A stretch of DNA of 64,000 nucleotides, from assembly GCA_026387405.1 (NCBI GenBank), contig JAPLLV010000056.1:25765-89764 (forward strand), written 5' to 3'. The notes under the pieces are model-generated. The model did no database searches and was not told where the DNA came from. It saw only the letters and a list, made by a program, of their open reading frames with translations. Position 1 is the first letter of the stretch. Every line of letters starts with the position of its first letter. Made by a program: the position numbers and the translations under genes. Positions 56,784-64,000 of the stretch are shown here, piece after piece. The DNA is from Candidatus Omnitrophota bacterium (GTDB lineage: Bacteria > Omnitrophota > Gorgyraeia > Gygaellales > Profunditerraquicolaceae).

Positions 56784-57617
56784 ATGAAAAGCGCCAAAAT
56801 AACGCTAAAAGATATCCTGGACCTTAAAAACAAACGCAAGATCACCATGCTTACCGCCTATGATTTCCCGACGGCTTCGCTGGTGGATAAGGCGGGAATT
56901 GACATGATCCTTGTCGGGGATTCACTTGCAAATGTGGTCTTAGGCCTGGACTCTACCACCAAGGTGGGGATGACCGAAATGCTGCATCACGCCAAGGCAG
57001 TCACCCGCGCCGTGGAACATGCCCTGGTAGTCGGAGATATGCCCTATGATTCCTATCAAGTAAATCCCGAAGAATGCGTAAAGAACGCCGGGCGTTTTAT
57101 CGCGGAGGCGAATTGCGATGCCGTAAAATTAGAGTGGTTTGACCGTTGCCTGGAGGTAACCGAAAAGATCATCTCTGCCGGAATACCGGTAATGGGACAT
57201 ATAGGGCTCACCCCCCAAACCGCGGATAAAATAGGCGGTTTTAAGGTGCAGGGCAAGGATGCCGAGACTGCCCAGAAACTCATAGACCAGGCGGTCAACC
57301 TCCAGAAACTGGGTTGTTTCTCGATAGTGCTGGAATGCGTGCCGGACAAGATCGCGGCAGTCATAACCAGGAAACTAAAGATCCCCACTATCGGCATCGG
57401 CGCCGGGCTCGATTGTGACGGACAGGTTTTAGTCATCCATGACCTCTTGGGGTTATTCGAGCGTTTTAAGCCGAAATTCGTCAAGCAATACATAAACCTG
57501 TCGCCCCTGATATTTAAGGCGATCGAAGAATACAAAAATGAGGTAACCGCGCTTAAGTTCCCCGCGCCGGAACATACCTTCGGCATAAAAGAAGAAGAAT
57601 TGAAAAAACTTAAGTGA
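56784..57617 (+). CDS. panB: 3-methyl-2-oxobutanoate hydroxymethyltransferase
   Basis: MLTAYD, LVGDSL, KLE, GHIGLTPQ, GIGAG..DGQVLV. Confidence 0.96.
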   Translation: MKSAKITLKDILDLKNKRKITMLTAYDFPTASLVDKAGIDMILVGDSLANVVLGLDSTTKVGMTEMLHHAKAVTRAVEHALVVGDMPYDSYQVNPEECVKNAGRFIAEANCDAVKLEWFDRCLEVTEKIISAGIPVMGHIGLTPQTADKIGGFKVQGKDAETAQKLIDQAVNLQKLGCFSIVLECVPDKIAAVITRKLKIPTIGIGAGLDCDGQVLVIHDLLGLFERFKPKFVKQYINLSPLIFKAIEEYKNEVTALKFPAPEHTFGIKEEELKKLK

Positions 57618-58333
57618 AAAGAAAATTACTGCGAAACACCCTGATTATCATCTCGCTTGTGCCGGTAGTGCTCTTTGTGGCCAAGTTCGGAGGGCCGTCC
57701 ATATTAAAGATGTACGTCCGGGCGGGTATAACGCAATCGCATAATCAAGCCATCTTTTCTCTTGCGCCTGAGCAGGCGATAAATAAACCGGAGATAGAAA
57801 ACGCGTACCTGTCCGGATTAAAACATTACCGCCTGCCTGAAATAGAGATATCCCTTCCCAAAGACATAAGGGCGGTGCAGGGAGAAACCACTAGAACTTA
57901 CTATAAGAAAAGACCATGGCGGACAGGAGAGGCAGTAGCTTATATCTTATATGAAAAGCCGAGATTTTTCATGAACCTGTTCCCACGCTTAAAAAAACAG
58001 GGTATCACCAGCGACCAGGATTTCTTAAGCCATACCATGTCGGCAAAGCTCGATGATATAAAGACCATTACCGACGCCTTTTTTGTAATCATGAAAGGTA
58101 TCTTTACCCCTGACCTGGGAGACCAGAAAAACCTGCAGATGTTAAGTTTTTCTACCTCCGATAAAAACGGTTTCATCTCTTACAATTTGAACAAATCCGC
58201 GAATTATTTTGACTGCAATTTCTTTGACCATAAAGGCAATTTTTTCAAGGTATACGTAAAGGACATAACCGGCTCGTTAGACATAAATAAGATATTCGCC
58301 ATAATTTCAACGGTAAAGCAAAAGAATGGATAG
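57614..58333 (+). CDS. Hypothetical membrane-anchored protein
   Basis: ORF overlapping the panB stop; N-terminal hydrophobic helix. Confidence 0.65.
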   Translation: MKRKLLRNTLIIISLVPVVLFVAKFGGPSILKMYVRAGITQSHNQAIFSLAPEQAINKPEIENAYLSGLKHYRLPEIEISLPKDIRAVQGETTRTYYKKRPWRTGEAVAYILYEKPRFFMNLFPRLKKQGITSDQDFLSHTMSAKLDDIKTITDAFFVIMKGIFTPDLGDQKNLQMLSFSTSDKNGFISYNLNKSANYFDCNFFDHKGNFFKVYVKDITGSLDINKIFAIISTVKQKNG

Positions 58334-58342
58334 GTAATACCA

Positions 58343-58813
58343 ATGCGAAAACGGCTGATTCTGATAGCGTTAACTGCATTTATCGTGCATCCTTCGTATC
58401 GCGCGGCTTGCGCCGATTATCCCAGCCAATCCCGGCAGGAAGGAAGATACGAGATGCTCATTCCGGAAGTCCCCAACGGTTATGGCGCGCGTACCACTTA
58501 CAGAAAAGTCCCGGCAATAGTCTTGGACACCTGGCAGGGGATCGCCTGGAGATGCACGAACCTGGAAGATGAAAAGCCTGTTTGGGTCAAAGATGAATTA
58601 GACAAAGATGCCCCTGCCTCATCGACAAAGAAATATTCGGGGAGGATCTCCAATATGAGCGGTCCGGAATTAAGGATCTCCGCGCTAATAATAAACACAG
58701 AGGAAGGCAGGGCCTGGAATTGCCCTGACATCACCCAACAAGATGCAAAATGGACGCTTACAGACCTGACCAAGGCTGCGCCAAAGAAAAAAGACATGTA
58801 CTCTGAAGAGTAA
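58343..58813 (+). CDS. Hypothetical secreted protein with internal duplication
   Basis: Signal-like N-terminus; two repeats of A.. (D/N)T..G.AW.C........W. Confidence 0.65.
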   Translation: MRKRLILIALTAFIVHPSYRAACADYPSQSRQEGRYEMLIPEVPNGYGARTTYRKVPAIVLDTWQGIAWRCTNLEDEKPVWVKDELDKDAPASSTKKYSGRISNMSGPELRISALIINTEEGRAWNCPDITQQDAKWTLTDLTKAAPKKKDMYSEE

Positions 58814-58826
58814 CGTTAAGGATTGA

Positions 58827-58855
58827 TTGACTTTGCTATTAAATTGCGATAGAAT
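58827..58855 (+). promoter_or_regulatory. Sigma-70-type promoter upstream of glyQS
   Basis: TTGACT-N17-TAGAAT. Confidence 0.55.
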
Positions 58856-58920
58856 GGAACACAATTCTTCGGACATACCTATCTAGTGACATCCGCCGGA
58901 TTTGTGGCGGGTTAAAACCC

Positions 58921-60285
58921 ATGGCTGAAAATTTGATGGATAAGATAGTTTCACTTTCTAAGCGCCGGGGCTTTATCTTCCAGTCTTCGGAGGTATACGG
59001 AGGCCTTAGCAATACCTGGGACTACGGCCCTTTTGGCGTGGAGCTCAAGAACAACCTAAAAACAGCCTGGTGGAAGGCCAATGTCTACCAGCGCGACGAT
59101 ATCCTGGGCATGGACGCGGCCATACTCATGCACCCTGATGTCTGGCGGGCATCCGGTCACGTGGATAACTTTTTTGATCTAAAAAGCGACTGCAAAACCT
59201 GCAAAAAACGCTTTAAGACCGCGGACTTAAAAAACGCCGATAAATGTCCCGAATGCGGCGGAGAACTCACTGAAAGCCGCCCTTTTAACCTGATGTTCAA
59301 AACCTACCAGGGGCCGGTGGAAGACGCAGGGAATATCGTTTATTTAAGGCCGGAGACTGCCCAGGGGATGTTCGTGAACTTCATCAATATCCTGGACGCG
59401 CGCCACCCCAAACTTCCCTTTGGCCTGGCGCAGATCGGCAAGGCCTTCAGGAACGAGATCACACCGGGTAATTTCACCTTCCGCACCCGTGAGTTCGAGC
59501 AGATGGAGATCGAATATTTTGTCCGGCCGCAAGAGGGCGACAAAAAATTAGAGGAGTGGATAGAAACCCACTTTAATTGGTATGTCAATTTGGGTATAAA
59601 GAAGGAGAACTTAAGGAAACGCCCGCACGGGAAAGAGGAACTGGCGCATTACGCCAAGGCCTGCACGGATATCGAATACAACTTTCCCTTCGGGTGGAGC
59701 GAATTAGAAGGTATTGCCAACCGGACTGATTTTGATCTAAAGCAGCACGCCAGGCAAAGCGGCAAGGACTTTCAGTATTTCGACGACGCGGCAAAACAAA
59801 GGTTTTATCCGTACATTATTGAACCATCAGGGGGGGTAGACAGGAGCGTTCTGGCATTTCTGGTAGATGCCTACCACGAGGAAAAAGTTCCCCCCCGCAC
59901 CAATTTTGAAAAAAACGAAGCTATTCTACCAATTGGTGCGGGGGTAAAGAATGACACGCGCGTGGTCTTAAAGCTGCACAGGGACCTGGCGCCTACAAAA
60001 GTGGCGGTGCTGCCGCTTTTAAGGAACCGGCCGGAGATCGTGGAGCTGGCGCAAAAAATAGCCCGGGAGCTTAAGAAAAATATGGTGGCCGTTTATGACG
60101 ACACCGGCTCAATAGGAAAACTCTACCGCAGACAGGATGAGGTAGGCACGCTCTACTGCGTCACGGTAGATGTACAGTCAATGGAGGACAAGCAGGTCAC
60201 GGTGCGCGAGCGTGACAGCATGCAACAAGAACGCATCAGCGTCGATAAACTAAAAGAATATCTTTTGCAAAAATTAAACAACTAG
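58921..60285 (+). CDS. glyQS: Glycine--tRNA ligase (alpha2 type)
   Basis: RRGF, DYGP, LRPETAQG, FRNEI..FRTREFEQME, IEPSGG. Confidence 0.95.
   Translation: MAENLMDKIVSLSKRRGFIFQSSEVYGGLSNTWDYGPFGVELKNNLKTAWWKANVYQRDDILGMDAAILMHPDVWRASGHVDNFFDLKSDCKTCKKRFKTADLKNADKCPECGGELTESRPFNLMFKTYQGPVEDAGNIVYLRPETAQGMFVNFINILDARHPKLPFGLAQIGKAFRNEITPGNFTFRTREFEQMEIEYFVRPQEGDKKLEEWIETHFNWYVNLGIKKENLRKRPHGKEELAHYAKACTDIEYNFPFGWSELEGIANRTDFDLKQHARQSGKDFQYFDDAAKQRFYPYIIEPSGGVDRSVLAFLVDAYHEEKVPPRTNFEKNEAILPIGAGVKNDTRVVLKLHRDLAPTKVAVLPLLRNRPEIVELAQKIARELKKNMVAVYDDTGSIGKLYRRQDEVGTLYCVTVDVQSMEDKQVTVRERDSMQQERISVDKLKEYLLQKLNN
59889..59945. repeat. 57-bp palindromic element family R4, in-frame in glyQS
   Basis: CCCCCGCACCAATT ... 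AATTGGTGCGGGGG. Confidence 0.85.
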
Positions 60286-60287
60286 TC

Positions 60288-60353
60288 TTAGCGTATAGCG
60301 TAGAGCGTATAGCGGATAGACCTATACGCTAAACGCTATCCGCTAAACGCTAA
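60288..60353. repeat. Convergent heptamer arrays between glyQS and ppdK
   Basis: TAGCGTA TAGCGTA GAGCGTA TAGCGGA ... TACGCTA AACGCTA TCCGCTA AACGCTA. Confidence 0.82.
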
Positions 60354-60377
60354 AAGAAAGGGAAAAGGTCGGAAGAA

Positions 60378-63125
60378 ATGGCAACAAAAAAGTACGTTTA
60401 CAGCTTTGGCGGAGGTAAGGCAGACGGTAACGAGGGCATGAAGAACCTTTTAGGAGGAAAAGGCGCGAACCTCGCGGAGATGGCCGGCAACAAAAATTTA
60501 AAACTTCCGGTCCCCCCGGGATTCACTATTACTACGGAGGTTTGCACCTATTATTATAAGAATAGGAAAACTTATCCTAAAGAACTAAAGGACCTGGTAA
60601 ATAAAGCCCTGGCCCAGGTGGAGAAACTCATGGGTCGTAATTTCGGTGACCCGGTAAATCCGCTTTTGGTTTCCGTGCGCTCCGGGGCAAGAAAATCCAT
60701 GCCCGGAATGATGGAAACGATCTTAAACGTGGGGCTGACCGAAAAAACCATACCCGGCCTGGTCAAACAAAGCGGTGGAAATACCCGTTTTGTCTATGAC
60801 GCCTACCGCAGGCTGATCACGATGTATTCCGACGTGGTCATGGAGAAGGCTGCCGGCATTGAACCAAAAGAAGACAAAGGTATCCGTAAGCAGCTGGAAG
60901 AGATCATGGCCCATATGAAAAGTGAGAAAGGTGCCAAGAGCGATACCGATCTCTCCGCAGAAGACCTGAAAAAACTCTGCGCGCTTTATAAGGCCAAAAT
61001 AAAAGAAATATTAGGTAAGGAGTTCCCTGATGAGCCCAAAGAGCAGCTCTGGGGAAGTATTGGAGCGGTATTTGCCTCCTGGAACGGCAAGCGCGCCATC
61101 AGCTACCGCCGCATCGAAAACATCCCCGATGAATGGGGGACCGCGGTAAACGTCCAGACCATGGTCTTCGGGAATATGGGGAACGATTCGGCAACCGGCG
61201 TTGCCTTTACCCGTAATCCCGGTAACGGTGAAAACAATTTTTACGGTGAATATTTGATCAATGCGCAAGGAGAAGACGTGGTAGCCGGAATACGCACCCC
61301 TGCGCCGATCAACGAATACTCTAAATCTGAACACAACAAAGAGCTGGTGACCCTGGAAAAGGCCATGCCCGCGATCTATAAGGAGCTCTATGATATCCAG
61401 GGGCGCCTTGAGAGACACTATCGAGATATGCAGGATATAGAATTTACAATTGAAAAAGACAGGCTCTTTATGCTGCAGTGCAGGATAGGAAAACGTAACG
61501 GCCCTGCCGCAGTACGCATGGCTGTGGATATGCTCAAGGAAAAATTCATTAAAAAAGAAGAGGCGGTGATGCGCGTTACCCCTGCGCAGCTGGATGAATT
61601 ACTGCACCCGATCATTGACCCCAAGGCTGAACTGACCACAAAACCCTTAGCCAAAGGCCTTCCGGCCGGGCCGGGCGGGGCAAACGGCCAGATAGTCTTT
61701 AATGCCAAAGATGCGGTGGAATGGGCCAAAACAGGCAAAAAAGTGATCCTTGTGCGCGAAGAGACGAATCCGGAAGATGTGGAGGGGATGAGAGCTGCGC
61801 AGGCTATTTTGACTGCCCGCGGTGGGATGACCTCGCATGCCGCCCTGGTTGCCCGTGGTTGGGGCAAGTGCTGTATTGTGGGTTGCGCCGCCTTAGAGGT
61901 TGAGGCTGCGAAAAAAGAACTGGTAATAGGAGAGAAGGTCCTTAAAGAAGGTGATTGGATCACCTTAAACGGCACCAAGGGCAATGTCTATGCCGGCAAG
62001 CTTACCATGATGGACGCTACCGAAGAAAACCAGTTGTTAAGCGATTTCCTTACCCTTTGCAGCTCGATCCGGAAGCTGGGCATCCGCACTAACGCCGATA
62101 CCCCGGACGACGCCAAAAAGGCCCGCCAGTTCGGAGCAGAAGGCATCGGCCTTTTCCGCACTGAGCATATGTTTTATGGTAAGGGCTCTGACGCGCCGCT
62201 TTTTATCCTGCGCAAGATGATCATCTCAAATACCAAAGAAGAAAGACGTAAGGCCCTGGATGAACTCTATCCTTATGTTAAAAAAGATATCAAAGGAACC
62301 ATAGAGGCAATGGACGGCTATCCGGTGGTTATCCGCCTGCTTGACCCGCCTCTGCACGAATTTGTCCCGCGCGAACAAAGTAAATTAGAGCAATTAGCCA
62401 AGGACCTCAATATCACCATGGAAGAGCTTTCGGATAGAGCCGAGGCATTGCATGAATCAAATCCTATGATGGGGCACCGCGGGGTACGCTTAGGCGTAAC
62501 CTACCCTGAAGTAAGCGCCATGCAGATCCGCGCTATCTTAGAATCTGCCGCTGAACTGCTCAAGGAAGGCAAAAAGCCGTACCCGGAGATCATGATCCCG
62601 GTGGTCTGCGACGTCAAAGAATTATACGACCAACTCGCCATAGCTAAAGACATCTACGCCCAAGTGCTCAAGAATTACGGCCTGAAAAAGATCAAGCACA
62701 TGTTCGGCACGATGATCGAGATCCCGCGGGCTTCGCTGGTAGCCGGAAAATTAGCGGAGGTGGCGGAATTCTTCTCCTACGGCACCAATGACATGACCCA
62801 GATGGGGTTCGGCTTTTCCCGCGACGATATCGGTGGATTCCTGCCGGATTATCTGCAAAAGGGTATCCTCGCCGATGACCCGTTCCAAACCATTGATCAG
62901 GAAGGGGTAGGCGAATTGATAAAGATAGGCATTGAGCGGGGACGCAAGACCCGCAAAAACCTGGAAGTAGGCATATGCGGCGAACACGGAGGAGACCCGC
63001 GTTCTGTAGAATTCTGCCATCGCGTGGGCATGGATTACGTAAGCTGCTCGCCGTTCCGCGTGCCTATCGCGAACCTGGCAGCCGCGCAGGCAGTGCTGCG
63101 AGAAAATAACCGGAAAAAAAGATAA
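60378..63125 (+). CDS. ppdK: Pyruvate, phosphate dikinase
   Basis: LGGKGANLAEM, SVRSG, GGMTSHAA, GIGLFRTEHMF, GICGEHGG. Confidence 0.97.
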   Translation: MATKKYVYSFGGGKADGNEGMKNLLGGKGANLAEMAGNKNLKLPVPPGFTITTEVCTYYYKNRKTYPKELKDLVNKALAQVEKLMGRNFGDPVNPLLVSVRSGARKSMPGMMETILNVGLTEKTIPGLVKQSGGNTRFVYDAYRRLITMYSDVVMEKAAGIEPKEDKGIRKQLEEIMAHMKSEKGAKSDTDLSAEDLKKLCALYKAKIKEILGKEFPDEPKEQLWGSIGAVFASWNGKRAISYRRIENIPDEWGTAVNVQTMVFGNMGNDSATGVAFTRNPGNGENNFYGEYLINAQGEDVVAGIRTPAPINEYSKSEHNKELVTLEKAMPAIYKELYDIQGRLERHYRDMQDIEFTIEKDRLFMLQCRIGKRNGPAAVRMAVDMLKEKFIKKEEAVMRVTPAQLDELLHPIIDPKAELTTKPLAKGLPAGPGGANGQIVFNAKDAVEWAKTGKKVILVREETNPEDVEGMRAAQAILTARGGMTSHAALVARGWGKCCIVGCAALEVEAAKKELVIGEKVLKEGDWITLNGTKGNVYAGKLTMMDATEENQLLSDFLTLCSSIRKLGIRTNADTPDDAKKARQFGAEGIGLFRTEHMFYGKGSDAPLFILRKMIISNTKEERRKALDELYPYVKKDIKGTIEAMDGYPVVIRLLDPPLHEFVPREQSKLEQLAKDLNITMEELSDRAEALHESNPMMGHRGVRLGVTYPEVSAMQIRAILESAAELLKEGKKPYPEIMIPVVCDVKELYDQLAIAKDIYAQVLKNYGLKKIKHMFGTMIEIPRASLVAGKLAEVAEFFSYGTNDMTQMGFGFSRDDIGGFLPDYLQKGILADDPFQTIDQEGVGELIKIGIERGRKTRKNLEVGICGEHGGDPRSVEFCHRVGMDYVSCSPFRVPIANLAAAQAVLRENNRKKR

Positions 63126-63130
63126 ACTTA

Positions 63131-63224
63131 TATTGTGCGAGCGAGGCGGCAATTTTATCTTCTCCCTGCCTGCCGGCAGGCAGGGACGCTGCTCGAAGAG
63201 TAAATTTGCCGCCGAGTCGAGAAC
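63131..63224. repeat. Palindromic repeat family R1 with CCTGCCTGCCGGCAGGCAGG insert (reverse orientation)
   Basis: TATTGTGCGAGCGAG..CTTCTC[CCTGCCTGCCGGCAGGCAGG]GAC..CGAGTCGAGAAC. Confidence 0.85.
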
Positions 63225-63236
63225 ATTAACTCCAAT

Positions 63237-64000
63237 ATGGAAGCCCTAAAAACATATCTCAATGAAATAAGAAATATCTCTCTCTTAAAAGCGGAGGAAG
63301 AGGTATCCCTCTCAAAGAAGATCAAGAGAGGGGATGAGCAGGCGCGCAAGGCCATGATCCGGGGCAACCTGCGCCTGGTGATCAACATCGCCAAGCGTTT
63401 TATGTATTTAGGCATCCCGCTTCTGGATCTGATAGAGGAAGGTAACCTTGGCCTGATGAAGGCGGTGGATAAATTTGACCACAGGAAAGGTTTCCGTTTC
63501 TCCACGTATGCCGCCTGGTGGATCAGACAGAGCATCACGCGCTCCATATCCGAACAGGGCAAGATGATCCGCGTGCCGGTATATATGAACGAGATGATCT
63601 CGCGCTGGCAGAAGACCAAAGAACAACTCTCACATAAGTTAAACCGCGTACCCAGCGACGAAGATATAGCCAAAAAGATGCATATCTCCGACGCCAATAC
63701 CAAGCAGATAAAATTCTGGCTCGCTACCAAAACATCTTCCCTTGATGCCCCTATTGACGACGGAGGAGAAAGCCAGGTCAGTGACCTCATCCAGGATAAT
63801 TCATCCACCTCTCCGGACGCGGCAATCGAACATATGATGAATACGGAGAGGGTAAATAATCTCCTGGATATGATGACTGACAGGGAACGGGATATTTTGG
63901 ATATGCGTTTTGGTTTGGATAAACAGAGATCGCACACCCTGGCCGAGGTGGCCAAAAAGCTGGGGGTTTCGCGCGAGCGCGTGCGCCAGATAGAAGAAGC
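63237..64000 (+). CDS. RNA polymerase sigma-70 family factor (RpoD/RpoS-like, no region 1.1), truncated by the window end
   Basis: Manual translation: MEALKTYLNEI..NLRLVINIAK..DLIEEGNLGLMKAVDKFD..GFRFSTYAAWWIRQ..SRERVRQIE. Confidence 0.93.
   Translation, partial: MEALKTYLNEIRNISLLKAEEEVSLSKKIKRGDEQARKAMIRGNLRLVINIAKRFMYLGIPLLDLIEEGNLGLMKAVDKFDHRKGFRFSTYAAWWIRQSITRSISEQGKMIRVPVYMNEMISRWQKTKEQLSHKLNRVPSDEDIAKKMHISDANTKQIKFWLATKTSSLDAPIDDGGESQVSDLIQDNSSTSPDAAIEHMMNTERVNNLLDMMTDRERDILDMRFGLDKQRSHTLAEVAKKLGVSRERVRQIEE

Noticed and set aside
63155-63955. 266-aa minus-strand ORF
   Set aside because: Antisense shadow of the + strand sigma factor, which the track missed because it runs off the window

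Overview
64 kb of bacterial chromosome (standard genetic code), with every credible gene on the + strand. It is mostly housekeeping: tilS-ftsH-folP-cdaA-pdxJ-acpS-nnrD, hom/thrC/lysC/cimA, valS, nadC, uvrB, coaX, groESL with CIRCE, guaB3-guaA, intein-containing dnaE, HU, hisS-aspS, phoH-HD-ybeY-recO, polX, panB/panE, glyQS, ppdK and a partial sigma-70. Gene content and the four PilZ genes suggest a PVC-superphylum organism such as Omnitrophota (inference only). Main signals: (1) a tRNA-Tyr(GUA) split inside its anticodon by a 204-nt ORF-less group I intron. A free-standing HTH+LAGLIDADG-like ORF lies directly upstream and reads through the tRNA 5' exon into the intron; splicing would create an in-frame UAA stop for it. 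An orphan HEPN gene follows. (2) A dense set of small palindromic elements: a two-hairpin element with covarying stems that nests inside its own loop, a repeat family flanking a disrupted GIY-YIG gene, a 57-bp palindrome inserted in the same frame in thrC and glyQS, and heptamer arrays expanded in-frame inside folP, nnrD, thrC and valS. Product calls rest on motif recognition by eye; no database searches or folding programs were run.
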